A stretch of 57,949 bases of DNA, the filler included, from Sphacelaria rigidula (taxonomy: Eukaryota): assembly GCA_964200075.2 (NCBI GenBank). It is 9 parts of 9 records of this genome, joined end to end, with 100 filler letters (N's around TTAATTAATTAA, not from the genome) between each part and the next. Parts side by side here need not be neighbours in the genome. Positions count along the whole stretch, not along the records: positions 1 to 6,351 come from CAXNAA020020604.1; positions 6,452 to 12,802 come from CAXNAA020020605.1; 7 more parts are not named here. One strand, 5' to 3'. The notes beneath the pieces are model-generated. The model had not been told where the DNA came from. It saw only the letters and a program-made list of their open reading frames with translations, and made no database searches. Each line of letters begins with the position of its first letter. Within the stretch, counting starts at the first letter, position 1. Made by a program: the position numbers and the translations under genes. Below, in pieces: positions 1-9,928 of this stretch.

Positions 1-138
1 CCTATCGTAGGATGACTCCAGTGCCTCTCGCACGGGTCATGTGACTGGCGAGCGAGGGCTCGTACTGTATTCGCTACGTCTGGTCCTCTGACTGTTGCCA
101 GCGATATCAGCCCCCCACTGCATTACGGTATGAACGAT

Positions 139-1102
139 TCACCACTTTGTCTTCGCCCGTTGTCGGCCCCAACTTAACAGAAACAGAGAAGCAGGGATTT
201 CTGAGTATCCCCTCCCCCCAAAACATTTTAGGAGCGTGTCCGTGAACGTAGTTTGCGTCACCGACAGTGTGCCTCTATCCCAATCTCTGTTCACCGCACA
301 TCTCATGTACCATGTGACCTCGCCGAGATTGTTCGTGGAGAACTTGTCGTTCAGAATTTTGTCCACCTTCGGTATATTTTCCTTAGCACCACTGATCAAA
401 ATGTCATCCACATGGACGACTAAAATTGCACGCACGTCTCCTGCATCCTCCATCTTGAAAACACAAAGGTCAGCCTCACCCTGCACCATCCCGACATCCT
501 CCAAAAGAGTTTGGCACAGAAGATGTGACCACTGCCTGTTTGCTTGCTTTATCCCATAAATGGATATTTCGAGCTTAACGGTCATGTCTGTCAAACCGTA
601 GCAACCTTCAGGCAGCCTCATGTACGCGTCAGTGTACATCTTCGCTTGGACAAAAGCCTGTGCTACGTCGAAACGGTACAACGGTCACTTTTCCTGAACT
701 GCCACTGCCATTTTGTTTTGCATTTTGACGAGTCCGTGGTCGCAAGGGATCAACCCATCTCTCCCCTGGCACACGCCTTGCATTTTGGTCTCGCGGATTG
801 GGTCAGCACTCCAGCACCGCGTCAACTCACGTCAAACAAATTCAGTCGACTACTTTGTTCGTTCACGTTCTCACGCTTTCCACGGTGGAAATAAGATATT
901 ACGAAGAAAAAACTCAAAGCATCGGGAATCGAACCTTTGTTCTCTCCACCCTAATGGCGACAGTCGAGTCATTGCACCACCGGGGCGCGGCAATTGCCAT
1001 GACCAGTTTAATGGAGGCCATGGATGGCGTAGCCGCGAACGTCTCGAAATAGTCGACCGCGAAACGTTGTCTGAATCCTCGTGCTACCAGCCCAGCCTTC
1101 AC
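139..1102 (-). pseudogene. copia reverse transcriptase (RVT_2-like) remnant, split by a SINE
   Basis: KAGLVARGFRQRFAVDYFETFA...KLVMA (1102-1000) resumes as VQEK*PLYRFDVAQAF...YGIKQANRQW...ILVVHVDDILISG below 700. Confidence 0.9.
712..989 (-). mobile_element. tRNA-derived SINE, family 1, inserted in copia RT
   Basis: Minus head GCGCCCCGGTGGTGCAATGA (A box) and GGTTCGATTCC (B box); A-rich tail CAAAACAAAA; degenerate TSD gccactgccat (701-711) / gcaattgccat (990-1000); several homologues in the window. Confidence 0.88.
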
Positions 1103-1322
1103 CTTCGTTACGGTACGATCGGCGTCGGTTTTCCGACGAAATTTTTTTTTGCTGATATCACATTAACTCCTTCTGGTACTGCACCGCTCGAAAACGTTCC
1201 AGCCTCTTCATGACCTCCCACTTCCGCCTGCATCGCGCCAAGCCATGCCTCCCAAAACTATGATGTCGCGACGCCATCAATCTTGGTGGGTACTGCCTCT
1301 ACTTCGCTTACATGCAGACCAA

Positions 1323-1387
1323 CCGGTACAAGCAAACCAAATTCGGGCTGCCCTACTCTGTCTCCCGCAGCAACAAAACAAAACAAA
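1323..1387 (+). mobile_element. Short 5'-truncated retroposon fragment with (CAAAA)n tail inside copia
   Basis: About 65 nt interrupting the copia reading DELADNE...VSEVEAVP and ending CAACAAAACAAAACAAA; no clear TSD. Confidence 0.45.
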
Positions 1388-1988
1388 CTCGTTGTCGGCC
1401 AACTCGTCCTGGATCGAAATAATTACGTCTTGGCCTGCCGCCTGTCTTGCTGCCGCGGTGGTCATCTCCACGGCTGAGCCTTTGTCTTCGGCCATCCCCG
1501 CCAGCGCCATCTCCGCTTCCTTTCTGCTCTTCTCCCCTTCGCTAGCCATCAGCGTCTCGCCGTATGTGTGCGCCGACCCTATGGCTTCACGCGTTTCGCT
1601 CCTAGTACGCCCCGCCCTTGGAGTCGGCAACTCGTCGACCCACGTGAGATCGCGCCGCTGGGTCCTCGGGAGTTGAGGAGCGTCGCTGCTCCCCCCCGCC
1701 GCCTTGCGAGGGACCCGTGGAAGAGGGTAACACTGTGGGGGACGAGGGAGTATACGATGTCGATGTGGACATCGGCGTCAATGTAGGCGTGGGAGTAGGT
1801 ATCGGCGTCGGCGTCGATGTCGGCGTCGGTGTAGACGATGATGATGTTTCCTGCTCCCCCTCACCCCCTCCGTTGACTGAATCCGGAATGGGGATCTATG
1901 GCATCACCCCGTCTTTCCTCCCCACGTCACTTCGCCTCCTCCAGTACTGACAGGGATTTGCGGTGCTGTCCCACTCCCCTCACCTCCG

Positions 1989-2022
1989 CAACAAATGAGT
2001 ACGCCCCCCCCCCCCCCCCCCC
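1989..2022 (+). mobile_element. C-tailed element, extreme 3' stub plus poly(C)
   Basis: CAACAAATGAGTAC, G, then a C20 run, flanked by duplicated CACCTCCG (1981-1988 and 2023-2030); the stub matches termini at 19167-19180 and 44777-44791. Confidence 0.7.
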
Positions 2023-2034
2023 CACCTCCGGAAC

Positions 2035-2132
2035 CTGCCTGGTCCGGCGAAAACCCGGCGTGCTCCGTCCCGGCTTTGTAGGGATGCGAGGTCAATGGTC
2101 TGATGACTATGGCAAGCATGATCATGAGTACA
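2035..2132 (+). mobile_element. C-tailed element, ~100 bp subfamily
   Basis: GCCTGGTCCGGCGAAAACCCGG...ATCATGAGTAC; perfect 14-bp TSD CCCACCTCCGGAAC (2021-2034, 2133-2146); homologues at 38544, 45152 and 56744. Confidence 0.85.
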
Positions 2133-2399
2133 CCCACCTCCGGAACTCGGCTGGGAGGACAGGGCGCTTGAGGAACCGCTGGACGGAGTGTCCACTGTCG
2201 AATTTTGCACCATTTGCTCGCTCACGTCCGGGCCTGTATCGACATTGAAATCCTTCGGCTCGCGGGGCGTCTGGATCGCTTGCTGTAGTGTGCGGGAGGG
2301 AGTGGGGGAGGTGCGTGCCCATATGTGTCTTGTTACGGTGATGGATCCTCGTACAGTCGAGACTCGCATCGCGTTACCTGGGTAGCCGCCTGGGGCCGG

Positions 2400-2936
2400 G
2401 CTCAAATACCAACATTTTCCCGCCTTCGGCTGTGATTCGTTTGTTCGCCTCCTCTTATAAAACCCCGCCTTCAAAAACGAAATGAGATCACCGTCCGGTG
2501 GTGATCCGTACCACATCTGATGCGGTGATTTGCTTTTTGGGTTAGCCGAAGTAGCAGTGCGGTTAAGGGGATAGCACGCCCAGTGTGCCTGTTCAGCCCA
2601 CAGGTTGTCACCATTTAGGATTCACTCATCTGGGTACAGCTCAGATGCTTGAATCTTGGTCGCAAGACCAGCTGTTTCGATTATACCCGATGCTTGCGCT
2701 GCAACGCCGTTGAACTGGGGTGAGACGGGAGTTGTCTTTTCCCGCTTGATATTTTCTCTGTCACACAGCTCACGAAATCCACCCCCCGAGAATTCACCCC
2801 CGTTATCGCTGCGGGCTATCTCGACTTTTCTTGGAAAAAACTCTGCAATGTATTTCGTCAAGTATCGTTCTGCCTCATTTTTCGTGCGGAGGAAATACAG
2901 GTTCGTGAACCGTGAGTAATCATCTCGGGCTATCAT
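2400..2936 (-). pseudogene. copia integrase core remnant
   Basis: IARDDYSRFTNLYFLRTK...IARSDNGGEFSGGGF...TTPVSPQFNGVA, followed by a frameshifted C-terminal WYG...KCWYLSPA segment. Confidence 0.9.
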
Positions 2937-3487
2937 CGTGTATCACTTTCGCCCGTGGGACATGACTGGTTTCGGGCCGAACAGATCTTCAAGCACCCTA
3001 GACGCTGAATTAAGTGCTCTCGTGTGCGTCGATCTTGGAACCGGCGGCGTAGTCCCTTCACCTCCAAGCAACCGCAACAGGGCTGCAACTCTCCAGTCAG
3101 CTGCACTCCCAGCTGATTTGCGGTCTTTCGCAGTAGGTCCTCGTAAACGTGGGCGTACACACAGTGGGAATCGCTTATACCAACGATCTGGGCGCTAGAC
3201 GAAGCCCCCGGCGCAAGCACAGCATATGCTGAAGCATACGTGTCCCTATTTTTCTGATTGAGGCGGTGGGCATATATTTTCAGTTCACAAGTTGGTCCAG
3301 GTATTTTCATTGTATTGCCTGAAATGACATCTACCCTGAAACCGCCACGAAAACCAGTGCAGGTGTGCCTACTATTTTGGATCCTTGTGAGTGACAAGAG
3401 GTGATGACGGACATTAGGTACATGGTCAACATTCATTAATTTGACGACCACACTATCTTTGTCAGATTGGAAAGCAACAGACAAATT

Positions 3488-5003
3488 TCATCTGCCTACG
3501 ATCGGGTAAGTACTACCCCCCGCGCACCGTAGTACCCTACCCTGACACTCTCTGTACTCCGTCATCCTACAGGAATTGGTGGAGAAATACTGGGTAGCCC
3601 CCGTGTTAAACATCCACGGTTCGTTCTCACCCTGCTGTGTATCACCCCCCTGCCCAACACACAATGTGTACTTGCCTGTTCCGTCGTTGATGGCGGTGTC
3701 GAAAGAGGTGAAAGCCCCCCCGTTCGCGTCCGAGCGAACGGAGGAGTCGTCGCTGTCGTCGACCGCACCTATCGCACTCATCACATCTTCTTTCTTCGCT
3801 GTTGATCTCGCACAACCCCAAAACTTGTGCCCCGGTTGACCAAACCTAGCACAGCACTTTTTGGGCAGTCCTTGGCGCGGTTCGTCGAGTTCTCTTCGCG
3901 AATGTGGCAGCGGATTAGCTTCACATTCGCCGGTTTGCCGTCCGACCATGTCGACCCAGAGCTGCTCGAACCCTGGCTACAATCATTTTTCTGACCAGAA
4001 CCCTGGTTTTCCCCCGGGTTTCCTTTGCAGTGTGCGACGGACTGAGGCTATCACAACCTCTCGTGTTAGCGGCCCCTCTCCATCTTCCAGCAATTGCTTC
4101 TGGATGTGATTCGAACGGCAAGGCGTTGAGAAATTTCAAGAGGATGTGGTTTTCGCTCAGGGGCTGATGGTCCTCGTATGAATTCAGGTCTCGTGAAATG
4201 TCTTTCATCTTGAGCAGTTTCTGTTCTGGATCGTCACAAATACCAATCCTGACTCCATCGAAAAATTTCAACAACGCCGGTCTTGCCCCATTTGCTTTGG
4301 GGCGAAAGACATCTGCAAGTTTTCTACAAACTGCACCAGGTGAGTAAAGTCTGAGCAAGATATCTTACTTTCTCTTGCCTTCGAGACAAGCAACAAGCAT
4401 CCGTCTCGCCCTCACTTGGGCTCCCACAATGTCCTTCCCGTATCTAGTCTTCAGATATCCCAGTGATAGTTCAGGGTCGCCAACATCTACGTCGTGCGAA
4501 CTGTCGCCGGCCATGGTAAACACCCAGTCAATTCCTGCGCCCCTCGCGAAGTGGATCAGCTCATGTTTGTACCGTACGAACTCTGAGTTTTTCTCTGAAC
4601 ATTTGGACACGTTCTGTCGAAAAACGAAAACTCCTGACACATTCCCACTTTCATCGTACACATAGACTGACTCACATTCGGGGACAAGGTCCCTAGCTCC
4701 GTCGTCTTTGGCTCCATTGTCCCCCGCATCGCGAGCTACTTCCTCCGGTCCGGCTGGAGTCCCGATGTACTGGCGGTCCGCACGAACTCCAGCACTTCGC
4801 AACTCTACTGTATTGAGATTGTTTCTAGATTCCTTCTGTGGACTATGAGAGCCATCACTATCGAGGACGCCATTGATTTTAACGCCCCCGGACTCTCTCA
4901 CTACTCTCATTTTATTTACTTGATCCTGTAATGCAGTTTGGTTTGACTGCAAGTCACGTAGTAGTTCATCCATGGAGCTCAGCTGGATAGTCACTATCCC
5001 CAA
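3488..5003 (-). pseudogene. copia gag/protease remnant
   Basis: gag-like ORFs 4365-5003 and 3921-4358 (LLKFLNALP); CCHC knuckle with second Cys replaced by Phe; protease motif with catalytic Asp replaced by Asn (WMFNTGAT). Confidence 0.8.
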
Positions 5004-5088
5004 CTATTCAATCACCCTGTTCAGTTTAAACTATATATCCTTCGCCACGGGCCACGGAATACACCAGTGTTACAACCGATTGGGCAAA

Positions 5089-5286
5089 ATGGCAGATCAA
5101 GTTGGAAGGCCTGCTCCAGCAGTCGGTGAGCAGGGTGGTATTGAACAGTTGGGGATGGTGACTAGCCAGCTGAGTTCCATGGCTGAGCTACTGCGTGACT
5201 TGCTGCAGTCAAACCAAACTGCAGTACAGGGTCAACTAAATGCCATGAGGGTAGTGAGAGAGTCCGGGGGCGTTGGACGTCAGTAA
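5089..5286 (+). pseudogene. Second, inverted copia gag N-terminal fragment
   Basis: MADQVGRPAPAVGEQGGIEQLGMVTSQLSSMAELLRDLLQSNQTAVQGQLNAMRVVRESGGV aligns with minus-strand GIVTIQLSSMDELLRDLQSNQTALQDQVNKMRVVRESGGV. Confidence 0.8.
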
Positions 5287-5449
5287 GAAGGATCAAACGA
5301 TGAGTGAGAGCTAGCAGCGGCGCCGCTGTTGGCCTGACCATGGCACTGCAGTCACACACTCGACTACCAGTACCCGTGCGTCAGCATGAATCTATCTGCA
5401 CCTGTACATGTTCACTCAGTGTACCTGCTCACATGAACACGTGCAGGGG

Positions 5450-6030
5450 GGCTCAAGGTATCTGGATGTAGTTGCGAAGAAACAGGAGGATCGCGTTAGA
5501 CTCGGGGACATGAGAGGCTAGCACGGGTCCCTGCACGGAGGATAAAAGGTAGTGGGAAAAGAAAACAGAAATCGAGCGATCTAGTGGGGACGTGGACGCG
5601 ACCTGCTACGGCGCGTGGGCTCGACTTCTACGAGATGAGAGCGGTATTTCTCCACTATGCTGAACGCAAGATTGGCAACTATCTATCCAGTCATCACCTG
5701 GAGCATCTCGTCCCAGCCGAAAGCGTTGTCACGAGGACACCCGTAAAGCGTGGGCGAAATAGGAGGGGGCACTGAAAGCTATTACTGATTGCAAAGCGAT
5801 GCAATCGGGTGGGCCACCGGGTGATCTCCTCGATCTCGGGTTGGTCGGGAAGCTTTCGGAGGTTGTGTGCCACTTTTGCAGCATCATCGTTGCTGTTTCG
5901 ACATCTGACGAGGTGCCGCAGGAGTGGGAAGGTGCGTTTATCAAAGTACCACACACAAGAAAAGGGAAAGAACTCACTGAGTGTAGTAGCTTCAGGGACA
6001 CCTCCCTCATGGCGTATATTGGGGTACGCG
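5450..6030 (+). mobile_element. Degenerate RTE-type LINE ORF fragment (pre-RT and RT domain 0-1)
   Basis: R*ERYFSTMLNA..., ALKAITDCKAMQSGGPPGDLLDLGL and EVPQEWEGAFIKVPHTRKGKELTECSSFRDTSL resemble the non-LTR motifs KAxGPDxxPAELLK and [30 protein letters not shown]. Confidence 0.75.
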
Positions 6031-6351
6031 CTAGAGTAACGAAAGGTAGCTATGATCCGGAATGCCTGCCGTACTGCCGACAGCGTCGCGTGAAAGCCAC
6101 AAGCCCCTTGCTGTCGGCGGTTGATGGCGTGGGTCTCGAATACAACGACATGCGGTTGATCGTGGAGCACTCTCGTCTCTCCTCCCAACTTGTGATAATC
6201 CATGACCTCCTGACATCGGAATAATTATTACTTATGGGAAGCTACTCGTACTGTACCGAGCTGTCCACGCGACCAGCGTGTGCTGCACATTGCCTATGCG
6301 CCACGCGAGCAACAGTCAGGTCACCACCATAGGTATCGTTTTTCACTCCGC

Positions 6352-6451
6352 NNNNNNNNNNNNNNNNNNNNNNNNNNNNNNNNNNNNNNNNNNNNTTAAT
6401 TAATTAANNNNNNNNNNNNNNNNNNNNNNNNNNNNNNNNNNNNNNNNNNNN
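6352..6451. other. Artificial contig spacer N44-TTAATTAATTAA-N44 (also 12803-12902, 19253-19352, 25703-25802, 32153-32252, 38603-38702, 45052-45151, 51501-51600)
   Basis: Identical 100-nt spacers with stops in all six frames; contig lengths fall monotonically from 6351 to 6349. Confidence 0.98.
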
Positions 6452-6481
6452 CCCCCACCCCCAGGCACACACCCACCAACA

Positions 6482-6512
<31 letters not shown>

Positions 6513-6544
6513 CCCCAACCCCACCCCTTCCCCCCTCTTCAATT

Positions 6545-6963
6545 TTTTTTCCGTGAGGTTTTGGCGACGAAACATTTCAGAACATTTTCGGAACTAAACG
6601 GGAAATATTTCACGAAAAAAAATGAAGGGAGGGCAAGGTGGGGTCTTCGCACACATGCCCTGTACATCGTGTCGAAATTTCATCGAAACCGATTGAAAAT
6701 TGAGCACGGAAATCGGGTGTCAACATTTCTGTTTGCATCTCGGGAGGCCCAGCGTGTATATCGCTACATACAAATATCGAGGCCTATGTTTTTTTCAAAG
6801 CATAATCTCTCGACGGTTTCCCGTGTCAACATACCCGATTCCGGAATATTTCCACGCATCAGATTCCAGGGCAAAAATGCCGCAAATAATGGGTGACCTT
6901 TATTTGTTTCGCCCTCCGGGTCCCCGCCGGCGACGGCCTCTGGCGACCCCTGCGGGGGGCTAG
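6545..6963 (+). mobile_element. Non-autonomous Helitron-like element, 3' part
   Basis: Ends in a GC-rich hairpin (CCCCGC...GCGGGG) immediately followed by CTAG|T at 6960-6964; body shares CCTGTACATCGTGTC.AAATTTCATCGAAA with repeats at 50770-51410. Confidence 0.55.
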
Positions 6964-8100
6964 TTGCGGTAGACGGCGACAGCTAAGTGACCGGCCCGAG
7001 GCCTATTTTTTCCACCTAGTAGCAAGCTATGCTGCAGCAATAGTACACGTAGACCTGCATGCAGCAAGCATTTCTGACGGTGTGTGCTGAAAATCGTCTA
7101 CGGCGCTCACGCACAAAGGTATCCTACAACAACAAAAAAACACATCATGGCAGTATGAGCCCTACACTACATCGCCAGGAGTTGCCGCAGCTACGCAAAG
7201 CCGCGCGGGAAAATGAAACGAGCGCGATGAATTTTCAACGTGGTGAAGTTTAGGAGCATTCACTCACGCTTGAACTGTTTCCAGGGTGGCTGGCGGCTCT
7301 GTCGACTCTATGGTGGCAATACTGCAGTGTCGTAACAACTACAAACATGACCATCACCGGCGTTCACCCCTCTCGCTGACGAAAACACGGAAACCAACCG
7401 ATAGACAATTGAATCCTGCCCGACACCCGAAGCTTTCCTGGGAACCAACATCATATTTACATGTTTGCAAAAGGCCAGGAGTCCTACACTGAGTCGTGGA
7501 ATGTTAGGTCAACAGACGCACTTCTTGCGTGAGCCGGCCGACATACGCTTGGAATATTTGTTCCATTGGTTTGTCATGTTATGACAGATGTAATCTGACA
7601 ATACCTACTGTAATTTTGGAAGATTGTGTCACCTGGATTTTTTTATCAACACATGACGTCGCAGATACAGACCGTGTTTGGCGATGATTCCAAGTGTCCC
7701 GTAAAGCTCTGCCTGTGATGTAAACACTACAGTAGTCAGCGTCAGAAGTATGCAGAATTCGTAATTTCTTACTTTCTCAAAGATTTTCCAAAATTCGTTT
7801 CGCTCGCCACCGCTCATCACAGTGACTGTTGGATGCTAAAAAATGGACATCAGGAGATATTTTTTTCATCTGAACAAATATTGGAAGAAAAAAAATCTGC
7901 GATCAATACTGAGTGACTTACGGGCTTGACCGATCTTCGGGGATCCTGCGAAAGTGCAACCCCAGGTCCTAGCTTTTCGGTATTTTCGGTGAACCGACTC
8001 GATCTCGATCGTATAAGTGGAGACTCAGAGAGAGTTATTTTCTTGAAATTCCACCTATACACTGCGCTAAAGTCGGAAAGCTATGTTTCTTGGACCATTT

Positions 8101-8530
8101 ACGGTCAATAACACCCTCCTGATAAACGGGATCTTTACCCCGTATTGCCCCCACAACACCAACTTCGGCAGTGTGATTTGAGCACCGTCTGCTTATTTTA
8201 CCAAAACTATCGACGCCAGCACTTTCGAGTGCTCATGGAAAATGTTATGCAAGAAAAAACGAAAACAGGTCATCCGCAGAAAATGCTCGACTGAGGTCTG
8301 TGCAGTATAGGAGGGAAACAAGATCTCGTTTTGATTCATCTGAATATTTACCGTTTTGTCGCGCAAGAGCCGGAAAACTCATTTAATTGGACCAAAAACG
8401 GTCAATAACACCCTCCTGATAAACGGGGTATCTAGTTCGTATCGCCCCCAAAACACCAACCTGGGCACTGCAGTTTGAGCGCGGCCTACGCTTTCCCCCT
8501 AAATCTACCGGCGCTAGCACTTTTAAGTAG
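8101..8530. repeat. Dispersed repeat, locally duplicated (8101-8232 and 8398-8530)
   Basis: ACGGTCAATAACACCCTCCTGATAAACGGG occurs twice; related sequence near 42792 and, inverted, near 43110. Confidence 0.7.
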
Positions 8531-9384
8531 TAGTGAAGAATAGTATTCGAGAAAAACTCAAAAACTTCTGATGCTGACTACTATAGCGCAAGGGGATTTG
8601 CGTTGAATGGGTAACACCCTACAGCACGCTGACACATCCACTTTCGGTTCGGATGTCGGCAATGTCGGCAACGCCGACGTGCATCGCTACAACTCTGCCG
8701 ATGCGTCAAGATTGTGCGTGTAACACATCCGTAATATCCGCCTCGTAACGTACAGTCGTGCGAACCCCTCATGTCCTTTTTGTCCGTGTACCGATCGTGG
8801 TCCAACCATGTTTGGGAAAAGATACACCATGAGTACCACTCGACACTCGACACATGTTCGTTTCCAGAGCAAATACATATGCGGATCACATGTGGGGCAA
8901 GGGCGCCAAAAATCGAACCCAACATGATGCAATGTGCAGCTGACACGTTGTAAATCACCGGGTGCGTAAAACCAATCGCATAGTCCTGTCCTTCTTCGAG
9001 CTCATGCATGAACAGCTTACCGGCATCAATTCTGGCGACGGGATGGGAAGGGGGGTGCTAAGAAAAAACATGATCGAGAAGCACGGCAACGTACAGTACA
9101 GTCAACATGTACGAAGAGAAACAGAGGCCTTGTCGCCCTCGACTAAGCGAAACTAACATGTTGCGATGCCGACAGATACTACGCCACCGACAACGCAAAA
9201 GGCTACCCGTACACTCAACTCGATCAGAAAACTGGGTCTGTACAAGTTGAACAATGGCCCTCGAGTGCACCGTTCCACCTTGAACAGACAGTACCACATC
9301 CACCCGAGAGCAGGGGCCTCAAACAATCCACCGAGGCGAGAGAAACCGCAGTTCTACAACAAGTATAATCACATTTGAACAAAC

Positions 9385-9831
9385 CTGCACAGTGTCCGCC
9401 GCTGCATCCCCCTGCTCGTCCTGCGAGGGTGGCGGCGGCCACGATGCGACTGCTACACCATTCGCCGCCTTCATAGACTCCATTACCTCGCTCCCGGCGT
9501 TCGCCTCCGCCTTCTTAAGCTTATTTTTCTGCCGTCGCTTTTCGTTTTTGGTAAGCTTGCGCGATCGACCCCCACCACCGCCACCACCATTACCGCCCTC
9601 CACGGTTTTCTTGTGTACGCTACTACTATTGCTATGACTGATGCCGTTTTCGCCAATACCGTTGTTGTTGGTGTTGTTGGTGTTGGTGGCAGTGTTGTTG
9701 GTGGTGATATTGGTAGGGTCATGTGGTTGTAGCAACATTTTCCCCGCCTGCTTAACCTTTGCCGCTAGCCCTTGATCCCTACCTGTGCTCGGACCGCCAC
9801 GCCTCACCCCGTTTACAGACACCTGAACCAT
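9385..9831 (-). CDS. Probable first exon of a spliced gene; low-complexity N-terminus with a basic NLS-like block (possibly SF3B2-like, unconfirmed)
   Basis: ATG at 9831, 149 codons MVQVSVNG...KLTKNEKRRQKNKLKK...DTVQ, then CAG|GTTTGT donor in phase 0; downstream exons not identified. Confidence 0.6.
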
Positions 9832-9928
9832 TATACAGTGCAGCAGTAATGGCTGGCTTTTGCCCCCTCCTGGACTACTGGACCGTCTCACGAAAAAATA
9901 TAGGAACAAAACAAAAACAAGGCGGCGT

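Larger units (their letters stand above)
1..5023 (-). mobile_element. Degenerate Ty1/copia LTR retrotransposon (gag-PR-IN-RT); 3' end runs off the contig and no LTR was recognised
   Basis: Minus-strand frameshifted ORFs in copia order: gag-like 4365-5003, zinc knuckle CARFGQPGHKFWGC and protease-like WMFNTGAT (3488-3949), integrase DDYSR...RSDNGGEF...PQFNGVA (2622-2936), RT KAGLVARGFRQ, FDVAQAF, IYGIKQANRQW, HVDD (139-1102). Many stops, frameshifts and nested insertions. Confidence 0.93.

Noticed and set aside
2046..2112. CGAAA ... CTGATGA in a C-tailed element read as a hammerhead ribozyme
   Set aside because: Helix II cannot form, and the homologues read CCCATGA (56832) and CAAACGA at this position, so CTGATGA is just a loop variant.
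6396..6407. Recurrent TTAATTAATTAA palindrome
   Set aside because: It is a synthetic six-frame stop linker inside the N spacers.
7760..7820. EFWKIFEK as a downstream SF3B2-like exon
   Set aside because: It lies in a dispersed repeat also seen near 41088 (TCACTGTGATG.GAGCGGTGGC.AGCGAAA) and has no convincing acceptor, so no gene symbol is assigned.
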